A stretch of 64,000 nucleotides of DNA from Squalus acanthias. Lineage: Eukaryota. The notes beneath the pieces are model-generated. The model did no database searches and had not been told where the DNA came from. It saw nothing but the letters and a program-made list of their open reading frames with translations. The DNA is taken from positions 3,782,001 through 3,846,000 of the forward strand of contig CM059440.1 of NCBI GenBank assembly GCA_030390025.1, read 5' to 3'. Shown piece by piece: positions 25,366 to 37,355 of the stretch (the first letter of the stretch is position 1; each line of letters opens with the position of its first letter). The position numbers and the translations under genes are program-made.

Positions 25366-25570
25366 AAATAAAAACAGAAAATGCTGGAAATACTCAGCAG
25401 GTCAGGCCGCATCTGTGGAGAGAGAAAGAGTTAACTTTTCCTTTTATCAGAGCGACCTGAAACGTTAACTATGTTTCTCTCTCTCCACAGATGCTGCCTG
25501 ACCTGCTGTGTATTTCCAGCATTTTCTGTTTTTATTTGAGATTTCCAGCATCCACAGTATTTTTCTTTTG
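25366..25570. mobile_element. Palindromic Penelope-associated short element
   Basis: Inverted arms of about 70 bp (25366-25435 and 25464-25537), with cgacctgaaacgttaac at the centre. Related sequence occurs at 58446-58534 and, degraded, at about 3975-4070 and 43725-43900. Confidence 0.7.
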
Positions 25571-25974
25571 TTTGAGTGGTATTAATGTCGCTGTTACTGA
25601 TGAGAAAGCTTTTATTGGCCTTCAGCTTGAAGTTAACTGGTTTAAACTTTTATAGTGTTCAGATTTTTTTCATGCGTATCTCAAAGTGCATTTAAATGGC
25701 TTTTTTAAAGAAAGAATTTTAAGATTGTACTGGGAATGTTGATTTTTCAATAGATGAACGCATTTAGTAAAATTTATTCACTTAAACTCCATCCTTTAAA
25801 AGGTTTTGAGAGTCCAACATTTTGCTTATAATATATGATGCAATTAAGACAGTCCGATGTGGTTAATCTGCAGTACATTACATCAGTAATATTCAAACTC
25901 TTCCAGCTGGAAGAAGCAACCATTGGGTATTTATTTTTCCACACCTCTTTAGTTCCTTTTTCTTGGAATATTTA

Positions 25975-26259
25975 GGCGACACAGATTTATGGTTTTGGGC
26001 AAGAGATACAGGGGGGATGTGAGGAAAAACTTTTTTATGCAGCGAGTGGTGATGACCTAGAATTCGCTGCCGACGGAAGTGGTGGAAACGGAGACACTCA
26101 GTGTTTTCAAGGGGAGACTGGATAGGCACTTGAGGGAAATAAACTTGCAGGGCTACGGGGATAGAGCGGGGGAATGGGACTGACTGGGTTGCTCTACAGA
26201 GAGCTGGCACAGACTCGATGGGCCGAATGGCCTCCTTCTGTGCCGTTATGACTCTATGA
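25975..26259 (+). mobile_element. CR1 LINE 3' fragment
   Basis: gacacagatttatggttttgggcaagaga...ttttatgcagcgagtggt... plus tail gatgggccgaatggcctccttctgtgccgttatgactctatga. Confidence 0.9.
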
Positions 26260-28856
26260 ACACTCTGCTGCTGAATTTGGGGGATGGTTCTTGCAATCCT
26301 TTTTTAAACCTTTCCTTTCTAGTCATTTTCAAAAGTACCAAAATCTGCCCTACCCTGTTAGTGACATCTTATTGTCTTCCTATAGTGAGCATGGTTAAGA
26401 GTGTGGGGCAACATTTGTCCTTCAAAAGAAATTTTACTCCTTGATCCAGTCAGGCTTAAAGTTTGACTTGTATCTGATGCTCACGAAATGACTGGGCGAT
26501 AATTGCCCACTTTCTTTGGGATTGAGTCATAAAGATCCATTGTGAATTTGAATAAATGGTATTTTTTTTCCTGATTTGTTCTTTATCTCAGTATCTACCT
26601 CTCTCCATTTTCTCTTCTTCTATTTCCTCGCTTTTAGTTTTCTTTTTTTCCCTCCATTCCCATTCTCAATTCCTCTTTGTACGTCACCATATCATCTCTT
26701 CCCAAATCAGCCATTGTGTGTAACCCATGTTGACCAATCCAGTTTGAGCCAGTCTGAGTATAGTTGGGGGGAATGCAAGAACAGCAGCTCAAAATACTGA
26801 CTGCAACAGGCACACATTTCCTTGCTGTAAGAGCACGGTCATAGATTTAGTGACTAAGCATCCCTTTAAAGCACCCCCTCAAAATGTTGGAGAGTTTGCA
26901 TGATGGGGCCCGGGTGTGTCACTGCACTGCACCCAATGAGAACCACTACATTAAACCATATGCCTGGGGATCCAAATTACTTTGTCATTGCCAATGCATA
27001 TTGTTATTGGATAATCTGTAAACCTCTGACTCCAAATTGAGTTAATTTGATATCAGACCACTCATTCCCATTGGTTTTTAGTTTGTTAATCCGAATACTT
27101 AAAACCTATCTGGACTGTGCAGAATGAGTGTGATGAAAACTGGTATTTAATAGTCACTTGACACTGAACTGGCTGTGCCTAATGAGGTTGTTTAAACAAA
27201 CATTTAGACCAGCCATCTTAAAGTGTCTGGCAGACCTCGCAATTGACTTATTCATAGTTTGTACTTCAGACCTGATATAATACTCATTACAACTGTTTAC
27301 ACATTACTGACAATGTTCACATTATACCAAAATTTTATTAATAGGAATATCTTAAATAAATGAGAAGCTGCATCCAGTAGGATGAGAGCACATTGTTAAA
27401 GATCAGCTTGTTATTGTGCACTCAACCATGTATTTTCTCACTGGCATATATAAATGAAAATATGCAAATGACAGCTACAGTTAAATTATTTAAAAATAAT
27501 TGAGGGTTTCCAGCTCTCTGGGCACTGGTTTTAAATGTTTCATTTCTTCGTATCTGCTGTTTTCAAGCAAGGAATATTTAAATCCAGCACCGACAAAAGC
27601 TGAAGCCCTTGCAGTATCTATAATTTAGCTTTAAGTGTCTGTGTGCCACTGAGAAGAGAGCACATTGTTGGATGCCAGCTGGATTCTGTATGTTCTGCCA
27701 GTGAACAGCGTTTGTTAAAATTGCTCTCCACTCACTGGCTGCAACTTTTAATTTACTTTTCGAGACATCTTGACACTAGAACATGAATTTTACTAATAAC
27801 AAAGACTTGTCAGGTAGGTCTCAGCAGTTCTAAAGACTGTCACCACAATTGTTGTACAGACTTTGAAAGCGGTTGTTAGACCACTCCCGGGGCTCTCACT
27901 ACTTAGTTCTGAAAATAGTCAAATTTACTTAATCCAGTGACTTGCATTCAAAACAAAATTTGGGTTTCCAAATGTATTGAATAAACCAGATCTGATTGTA
28001 GTCCATGGACCAGCACAGTAAACATTACATGGAACCAATGCACAGTCTCTGTGACTGCATTATAGGAGAGACTGAACACATTAGAATCATTGGACTATAA
28101 CACTGGCCCAGTTGATAGGAGTTAATAGCATTAGTAACCTAGCAAGGTCCAAATTTGACCTCCATTGTATATTGGAGCTGTCTAGATGTATCCGCTACTG
28201 AGAAAGTTAAAGCAACACTGTAAGTGAGTAAATTAGTGTGATTAAAATGACATAGAGGTCATTGACTACACTGAGCAGTAAACAGTACTGACAGCCAGCC
28301 CTATGGATTAAATCTTGTTCTGATAGCATTAACCCTGGCATATTTTTTCATAAAAAGATTAAAGGATTGGTGTCATTGCCTAGCCACAAACCCAGTTTAG
28401 GAGAATGGGCCAATCAACATGCAGGTTAGAAGCCAGTTTGCAGTTGAGACTTAATTCTGGTGCAGTACTGCTCCAGCTATTTACTTCAAATAGAACTGGC
28501 ATCTTGGTGAGTAGGGCAGTGACAGTTTTATCAACCATAGTTAGATTTAAGTTCATATTATAAAGTTTCATCTGTAATAACAAAAATACTGAATTGTTCA
28601 ATGAGAATTAAAAACAGATGCCTAACTTTTTGCCTAAAACTGTTGTTGCCAGTTTGTTTCTTTAACTGGAAAGCAATCTTAACGGTTGAGAAGTTTAGTT
28701 GGTGAGGTTCGCTTCTGTAGTTTGGATTTTCAAGAAACTCTTCAAAGTGGGTGCCTTCTAACAAAAAGTGCAGAACCTGAACAAGTCCGGTTGGAGCTGC
28801 GCACATGACTTATCCATAGTATTTTTAATGTAAATTATGGCAAAATTAGTCGTTGG

Positions 28857-29492
28857 TCCCTGAAGGTGGCAGGACACATATTGAGAGAGTGGTTAGCAAA
28901 GCATATGGGATCTTGGGCTTCATAAATAGAGGTATTGAGTACAAAAGTAGAGAAGTTATGCTGAACCTTTTATAAAGTGCTGGTTAGGCCACAACTGGAC
29001 CAGTTCTGGTCACCACACTTTAGGAAGGATGTGAAGGCACTTGAGAGGGTGCAGAGGAGATTTATCAGAATGGTTCCGGGGATGAGGGATCTTAGCTACA
29101 AGGACAGGTTGGAGAAGCTGGATTTGTTTTCTTTAGAGCAAAGGAGGTTGAGGGGTGATTTGATAGAGGTGTACAAGATTGACAGGTTTGGATAGGCTAG
29201 ACGGGGAAAGGCTGTTCCCACTAGTTGATGGTACAAGGACTAGGGGACACAGATTTAAGGTTTTTGGCAAGAGATGTGAGGAAAAACTTCTTTACGCAGT
29301 GAGTGGTGAGAACCTGGAACTTGCTGCCGACGGAAGTGGTGGAAGGGGAGACTGGATAGGCACTTGAGGGAAATAAACTTGCAGGGCTACGGGGATAGAG
29401 TGGGGGAATGGGACTGACTGGATTGTTCTACAGAGAGCCAGCACGGACTCGATGGGCCGAATGGCCTCCTTCTGTGCTGTTATGACTATGAC
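28857..29492 (+). mobile_element. CR1 LINE 3' fragment with internal deletions
   Basis: LVRPQLDQFWSPHFRKDVKALERVQRRF...LFSLEQRRLRGDLIEVYKI; same tail subfamily as 25975-26259. Confidence 0.93.
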
Positions 29493-30487
29493 ATTCATTT
29501 CAGCTAACAGAATTTGTTGATTTGTCAATGTCTGTCAAATGCCAAGTAGATTCTTTGCCCAGGTTTGGGTAGAGGAAAAGAAAGGAACAGAAATGACTTT
29601 CATATTTCTAGTTTCTCAGAAAATAACATCTCAAGTGATTTCACCTCCAGTTATGAATGGAACCTGGATATTCCATCTAAATGCCAGCTTTCAATTGGCT
29701 TCAGAGAGAGAGGCAACAGCGAAAATGTAAATTGAGTGTCTTATGACAGTAACTGGATTTGGGTCATGGATTGTGGCGGGTTTGTATAATCAGCAGGTTT
29801 TTGTTAAACCGATTTGGCTTAGCAGCAGCATCAACAACACTGAGCCTGAGTGAATTATAGCACGGTGAAAGACGCAGCCGTACACACCTAGTGAATAGAC
29901 TAGACTGTAGTAGTGTTGTACCATTAGGACAAGCTGACCTTTAGAAACCCATAAAAAGAATTGTGAGTATGTAACAACTGAAAAGTTGTAAAGATTTCCT
30001 GGTTGATTGTAGTTCTTCCCCCTCGGTGCCAAGAGCATTTAGAAAAAAAAGTGATGCAGGACTCTTTGGAAATTTTTGGGTGTTCCAACATGTTGTATCT
30101 GTATAATAGATCTATATTTTTGTTAATCTGTTTGATATATCTTCAGTGTATATAAATCAAGAGACTAGAAAAATGTGTAATAAAATTTAAAAGTCAATTC
30201 TCAGTTAACGCATTTTGAAATTTTGATCTCCGTTAGGTCCCATACATTTTCCTTATGAATTTTTGGTAATGGCTAAAAGTGATACAGCTTTTTTAAAAAT
30301 CTGTCTTGCAGTTCTTTGTCTTTATTGTTAACTCCTCTAGTACATTTTAGCTATGTACGGGGTTCTGACATAAGTACTTTTTCCTCCGATCTCTGATCAT
30401 TGTCCGAGTATGTGACTTGCTACTGTTTCTTTCTAGATATCGGAGTGTCCCAGTGGAGGCAATAAAGCACGAATTTAGTACAGGAAA

Positions 30488-30544
30488 ATGAGTGAGCTGG
30501 ACCAGTTACGTCAGGAGGCCGAGCAACTGAAGAATCAGATCCGA
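30488..30544 (+). CDS. GNB1: GNB1 coding exon 1 (MSELDQLRQEAEQLKNQIR); the exon begins at 30437 with 51 nt of 5'UTR
   Basis: Acceptor tttctttctag ends at 30436, ATG at 30488 in gaaaATGa context, donor GTGAGT at 30545. Confidence 0.97.
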
Positions 30545-31391
30545 GTGAGTATTGCATCAGCTGCCCCACACGTGCACAACTATTGCATTTTAATTTGGTT
30601 TGAATTCACAAGTAGACAGATTTTTAGAAATTAAACTTGAAAGGAATGACCGCATTGAGATATCTGTGCACTGTACTGTGAACGGTAGATTGTGGGTTTG
30701 TCTGCAAGTTCAGTATCGTGGCATGCTGTCATTTGGGGCTTTGGGGGTGGGGGGGGGACGGGACACGGGACAGAAGTGAGTGTTTCTGGCCTACTGTTCG
30801 TGTTCCATTGTGATTGGCCAGTAGGGAGTATTATTTGGTGGGGCTGATTAGCTTGGTTGTTTATCTGCCCCCCTTGCAGTTGAAACCCCCTCACCCAAAT
30901 TGCAGACCAGTAGTTTAATTGAAATTATTCAACCTGTGGTAAGCAAGTCAGAGCTCTCAAAGGGCTTTCTGACTTAAATATTTTATGTACAATGCCTTCT
31001 TGGGAACCGATATTCTTGAACACTTAGGTTCCAGCAAACATTCTATCAGAGACCTGTTAAATGTTTATTTCTACAGGCCAGAGAATTCCAGGCCTTTGTC
31101 CCCAGTCGAGGTAGAAATCAGTCAGAGACTGAAAATTTATAGGAAGCTTTGGCTTTGAACGAGAAGCTTTATGGTGCTCATTAACCGCAAAACTTGTTTA
31201 CCTGGTCAGCAGTTGACTTCCCTATGGTCCGTCATGCCCATAGTACAGATTACCTATCCGCAGCAAAGGTTCCGTGGCTGGATGATTGGGTGAAGAATCT
31301 AAGCACATCGGTACCTTGCAGCTTCAGATGTTGCTGAAATTTGTGTGCAATGTACCCTGACTGGTTCAACTACCGCTTATGTACATAAAGG

Positions 31392-31799
31392 AAAGAAAGA
31401 AAGACTTACATTTATATAGCGCCTTTCACGACCACCGGATGTCTCAAAGCGCTTTACAGCTAATGAAGTACTTTTGGAGTGTAGTCACTGTTATAATGTG
31501 GGAAATGCAGCAGCCAATTTGCACACAGCAAGCTCTCACAAACAGCAATGTGATAATGACCAGATAATCTATTTTAGTGATGTTGATTGAGGGATAAATA
31601 TTGGCCAGGACACCGGGGATAACTCCCCTGCTCTTCTTCGAAATAGTGCCACAGGATCTTTTACGTCCACCTGAGAGAGCAGACGGGGCCTCGGTTTAAC
31701 GTCTCATCCGAAAGACGGCACCTCCGACAGTGCAGCACTCCCTCCGTACTGCACTGGAGTGTCAGCCTAGATTTATGTGCTCAAGTCTCTGGAGTGGGA
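31392..31799 (-). mobile_element. Deu-domain SINE (SacSINE1-like) lacking most of its tRNA head
   Basis: Near-identical to 61341-61810 up to ctctggagtggga, followed by a short minus-strand CR1 tail (about 31817-31900). Confidence 0.92.
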
Positions 31800-32149
31800 T
31801 AAGTGCATTTACATATTACATAGAATTTACAGCACAGAAACAGGCCATTTGGCCCAACTGGTCTGCCAGTAATTATGCTCCACACAAGCCTCCTCCCACC
31901 CTAGTAGTTTCAAAGTGCTTCAAGCAACACTAGGCGGGAACAAACTGATGGAGAAGCTGTCTTGCTTGGTATTTTCTCGAACAGTTGGTCAAGGTTCTAC
32001 AGAAAAGATTGATTGGAAAAGTCTTTGGCAAGCAAGTAGATACCTTTCTGGGCCGTTAAAAAAAAATTTTTTTTTAAAAAAATAAATAAATAAATTGTGC
32101 TCAAGGTGAAGATGTTACTCCTGGGAAAAGAAACTCTTCTAATCTCAGG

Positions 32150-32500
32150 CAGCTGGTATCAGCATTGTGCAGATCAAGTATAGCACAGTGAGATGCAGAG
32201 GAAAGCTCCTTCTACTCTGCCCCAACGTGTCTTGGCCCCATCCTCAGAAAAGCACTACTGTACCCGTGTGGCATTTTTCCATCTCCCATACCAGCCATCC
32301 TGTGGCCTCTGAGTCAATTTGGCAGTTAGTGCTTAATGAGGGATAGATTTGTGCTGTAGGCCCATGGCCCCGAGGAGCTGGATTGAGACTAACATGCAAC
32401 CATCAGACAGAAGAGATTTTCATCCCATAAGTCTGACATGCATTTGAACCCAGGGCCCAGACATGAATGTCCAGTGTTTAACTGCTGCAACCCAGGTCCA
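32150..32500 (-). mobile_element. LF-SINE-like tRNA SINE, diverged
   Basis: Minus strand has ctgggttcaaat (B box), ctgatggttg, agtctcaatccagctcct, cacaaa...gcactaactg, cagaggcca, gacacgttggggcag and gtgctatacttgatctg, in the order I recall for the LF-SINE consensus. Confidence 0.55.
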
Positions 32501-33504
32501 GCTGGACAGCTTTTAAGATGAAGCAACTAAATTTGTAACCCATTCTTGGTATAAGAATCCAACCCAGCAGATGCATAATTTGATGAAGGGGAAATGTCTG
32601 ATCAAATACTTTCAACTTGGAAGGGGTGCACTGCCAGTAAAGGTCTACTATTTGGACTCGTGTTGGTTATATATGTTCACCAGGATATGAAGGAAAATGC
32701 CTAAGATGATATGATCTACTCGGTCGGTGGAAGTTCCTCTTTTGACACTAATATTGTAGTTGGGGGAGAAGAAGAAAAACCTTTTTGAAGGTAGAATCAG
32801 AAGGCATGGGCTCAGCCTCATCTGAGTTCACAAGACTAGTGCTGCCAACTGGGGATTAGATAAATTGGTGCAGTGTCATTTTAGCACGTAGAGACTTCTG
32901 GCTAACCGTTCATTTTGAAACACAGAAAAATAAGTTACATTTGAGGTTTTTTTCCAGTATCATGGGTCTCTGCGATTTTCCAACAGTTGTAAATTATTAA
33001 AATTAAATTAATGGCTTGGAGTGTTTGATTTTATTTTCCAATGGGAGATATAGGATCTCTAACATCTTTTAAGAATTCCCTCTGTTCCTCTTTCCTCTGA
33101 GAAGGTGAAGCCTGTTTGTATCGATCTGCAAAGAATGTTGACGCAGAGTCATTAAGTAATGGTTTTATCAAACATGAAGTGTTTCTTACCATGCTTTTTA
33201 GTGGAGAAGTTAGTGGGTTTTTGAAGAGGCATTTCAAACTCCAGAAGAGAATTGCAGCCATTCTCTGGTAATCGTATAACTGGGAGTAAGCACAACCAAA
33301 GTGCAACCAAACTACATTGACTGATGGGAATGATAAATTTGTGTTCCAGGCTATTAACGTTTGTTTGGAATTAGTGTCACTTTACATAACGAAGCTCAAA
33401 CTGGTGTGATTCATGTTGGTGTATTCCTATTTGTGTTTGCACTTTTGAGTGTCTATTTAAAACGTATTGCTGTTAATTCTGTGAACGCTTTCAGATTAAG
33501 CGAG

Positions 33505-33790
33505 CTACAGTAGCCTAGTGGTTATGGCAGAGGTTGTGAATCCAAATCCCATCATGGCAAGTTGTGAAATTGAATTAAATAAATCTCGGCCTAGAACACA
33601 CAAAAATGACCATAAAAGCTGCTGGATTGTTGAGTGAACCAGTTGGGTGTAACATGTCCTGCCACCCCTACCTGGTCGGGCCGGAACATGACCCCAGACC
33701 CACACGGTGTTGTCTCTTAATGCACTTGGGGCAACTAGGGATGGGCAATAAATACTGCCTTGCCATTGTCTTCCACAGCCCAAGAAATTT
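33505..33790 (+). mobile_element. tRNA-derived SINE with LINE-derived tail
   Basis: Head tagcctagtggtta...aaatcccatcatggcaagttgtgaaatt; tail gggcaactagggatgggcaataaatactgccttgcc. Confidence 0.6.
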
Positions 33791-33943
33791 AAAAAGATCA
33801 AAATTGGCTAATTGAAAAGGTTTTGCAAGGGATAGATAGTTAGAATTGCATTAATGCTATATAGGCTATTAATCTATTTCTGGATGGATTTGCATTGGAA
33901 TACGCTTGTGCATTATTATTTATTGTCTGTTTTTCCTTTTCAG

Positions 33944-33982
33944 GATGCCAGGAAAGCATGTGCAGATGCCACTCTGGCCCAG
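33944..33982 (+). CDS. GNB1: GNB1 coding exon 2 (DARKACADATLAQ)
   Basis: Acceptor ttttccttttcag, 39 nt, donor GTAAGG. Confidence 0.97.
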
Positions 33983-34084
33983 GTAAGGATATAGTTACTG
34001 ATTCATACTTGGATCATTAGATTCTTTGCAAGCTTTTCCATCTTTTGATATTTTAAGTCATGTATTTAAAAGCTTCAGAAAATG

Positions 34085-35380
34085 TGTACCTGTTGAAGAA
34101 AGGGAAAGGATATCTACAAAATGATAGTTTCGTTAGTGAGTTGTGGTTAAACTAGAGTACATAAATTAGTGAACACTTAAAAAGATACGCGCTAGTCGGG
34201 CCAGCAGCGTACATTTGTAAAGGGAGGGTTGTGTTTGGCTAACTTAATTGATGTTTTTTGTTGAGGAAATTGGAGTATGAATTGATAAAGGGAATGCAAT
34301 GGATGTTGTATATGTGGATTTTCAAAAGGTATTTGATAGATGACGTGGAAGAAACCTGCAAAAATTAAAGCACGTGGTATTGAAGAGAATGTAGCTGCAG
34401 CAGTAGCAAATGGTTGAAGGGCAGAAAATAGGAGTAAATGCATTTTTAACAAATTGACAGCATGCTTAGTGGTGTGCCTCGGAGATCTGTCCTGCGACCC
34501 TGTCCAACTGTCGCTGTTTATATAAATTATTTGGATGTAGACAGAGGAGGCATAACATTGGTTTGCTGGGTGCTATCAAACTAGGGAGCATTGCAAACTG
34601 TGAGGAAGAATTCAGGGAACTGCAGGAGGACATAAACAGGTTAGTGAAATAGGCATGTGGCCAATGCAGTTCAGTAAAGAGAAATGCGACAGTACATTTG
34701 GGGGGGCAAAGAACAGTGAAAGGAAATATGCCCTAAATAGGAGGATTCTTAAGAGTAGAGAATAAATATTATCCATAGACCCTTCAAGGTGCAGATACAA
34801 CTTTAAAAGTGGCAGTACAGGTAGAACAGGGCACAAAAAAGCAAATGGGATTCTGGGTTTTAAATATGGGGAATTTATACGCGAGCGGTTGATAAATTGT
34901 AGAAGCCATTGGTTAGCCTGTGGCTGTTTGCAGTTCTGGGCATCCCATTAGAGGAATGATATTAGTCATGGGAGGAGTTCACTATAATTATACCAGGAAT
35001 TAAAGGTCATAGTTATGAAGAAAATAAAACAAATTGGGACATTTTTAATTGGAAACAGAGAAGCTTAAGGGGGAGGGATCTAATAGTTTATAAAATTATG
35101 ATGTTTTGAGAAAGTAATTAATGAAATACTGTTTCCACTGGTTGAGGAGTCATAAAAGATTATCCCCAGAATAATGAAAGGGGGATATTGGAAGATTTGT
35201 TTTTCTTAGTTATTAGAATAAGTCTTGTCAAAAGTGACAATTGAGGCAACGACTAACATTTAAAAGAAAGTTGAATAAGTATTTTAAGAAGGGAAAGGGG
35301 ATTGGAGCCATTTTATCCCCTGCTAACACAGCTGCAATGGCCCAAACTACATCTCTTGTGCAGTAAATTCTGTGATTCTA
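34085..35380 (+). mobile_element. Degraded CR1 LINE (RT region to 3' end)
   Basis: gtggattttcaaaaggtatttgata (DFQKVFD), agtggtgtgcctcggagatctgtcct (SGVPxxSVL), gcagttctggg, and tail gtgcagtaaattctgtgattcta; many frameshifts. Confidence 0.8.
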
Positions 35381-36301
35381 TCAATATAGCATGGTTTTGA
35401 ATGGATTTCTGTGATTTATACTGCAGAGTTATCCAGATAGATATCATGGCCAGTGAAATGTTCGTATTTCCTCTTTTTTAATCTATTTTTTTGAATTGTT
35501 GGCCCAGAAATTCATACAATGTACAAGTCAGCAAAAAACTCCAAAGCTGGCTAGATTCACTTGTTTCAACATTGTCAATGAGCTCTTTTTCTTTCCATTT
35601 CTACCGTTGGATTTTAATTTTCATCCTATACATTTTGTAATGTGGCAAGAAGATTCAGGCAAAAAAAATGATGTCTTCAGAAATAGTTGCAGTTAACTTA
35701 GTAGTTTTTCTTTTCATCTTGCAGTATATAAGTCAACGGCAGTATAACAGAGACCTAACATGATTTATGTTTGTATTTGCCATCTGCCACCACTTAGGCC
35801 TAGGATGCATAATGTTAGAACTGGTCTGTAGGATTTTTATATAAGCAAGCTTAAATCTATAATTTGTACTACGGTCTAATTTAAAGGTTGCATCAAAGTT
35901 GTATAGAGTAGCATAACGTTTGTTGTGTATTGATGTGAGGGTTTGGCAAAGAATGGGGAGCATTTAATCTAACTACTGTCCTTAAAATTCTAAGATTTAA
36001 ATTGCCACACACGTCGTAACTTAGTGAGTTTCAGACAGGAAATGACCTTCAGTCCATCTAGCCCACTTAACCACAGACACTGGACTTGCCTTACAGAAAA
36101 GATAAATCACTGAGTGGACTTGGTTGTGACTTGTGACATCTTTAACTGCCAACCCCTGCGTAAATCTCCCACTCCCTTTATGTTTCAAAATCAGCTTTTT
36201 GGGTTCCAAGCTTTTTACAGTTCACTTTCTGTTTCTTATATTTTCACCCTCAGGTTTTTAATGTTTCCTGGATCTTTCACCACCTTCGTGTCAAGTAACT
36301 T

Positions 36302-36790
36302 AGAGAATCATAGAAATTTACAGCACAGAAGGAGGCCATTCGGCCCATCATATCCGTGCCGGCTGAAAAAGAGCTATCCTGCCTAATCCCACTTTCCAGC
36401 TCTTGGTCCGTAGCCCTGTAGGTTACGGCGCTTCAAGTGCATATCCAAGTACTTTTTAAATGCGACGAGGGTTTCTGCCTCTACCACCCTTTCAGGCAGT
36501 GAGTTCCAGACCCCCACCACCCTCTGGGTGAAAAAATTTCTCCTCAACTCCCCTCTAATCCTTCTACCAATTACTTTAAATCTATGCCCCTTGGTTATTG
36601 ACCTCTCTGCTAAGGGAAATAGGTCCTTCCTATCCACTCCATCTAGGCCCCTCATAATTTTATACACCTCAATTAAATCTGCCCTCAGCCTCCTCTGTTC
36701 CAAAGAAAACAACCCCAGCCTATCCAATCTTTCCTCATAGCTAGAATTCTCCAGTCTTGGCAACATCCTGGTAAATCTCCTCTATACTCT
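36302..36790 (-). mobile_element. CR1 LINE 3' fragment, young
   Basis: ORF 36383..36766 (-) reads MLPRLENSSYEERLDRLGLFSLEQRRLRADLIEVYKI...FFTQRVVGVWNSLPERVVEAE uninterrupted; CR1 tail present. Confidence 0.95.
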
Positions 36791-37235
36791 GTTATTTTCC
36801 CACTTTTTTTAAGCTTTCTGCCTAGTAAAACACAAATCAGGATGATCTTTGTTTCAATCCCTGTTCTCTGTTGAGTTAACTGATCTCAGCTTGGACAGCA
36901 GTGGGGTCCTGCAATTCACTGGGGAGAAGTGCCTGGTCTCAGGAGAACATTAGGGAGTCCATCAGAGCTTCTCATCATTGCCTTTCAATCATCCTTACTC
37001 AGAAAAGAACCTGACTGTGGACCAGTCTCACATTTGATTCATTAACCTGTTTGCTTTCTCAAAATGTTCAGTTGCATAAATACAGTCAATACAAAAGCTT
37101 GTTGATTTAGCTACTGAAAAAATCTTTCAATAACTGGACGTTTTCAGATTTTTGGTTATTGTGGTAGTTTCTAAGATTCTTGTGAAATAATTGATATAAT
37201 GCAAGGTCACTTTTTTCTTTTTCCCTTCTTTGTAG

Positions 37236-37355
<120 letters not shown>

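Noticed and set aside
27568-27630. Alternative candidate 5'UTR exon containing GAAGCCCTT, faintly like the human non-coding exon as recalled
   Set aside because: AAG acceptor, no convincing donor, and the similarity is too short to trust.
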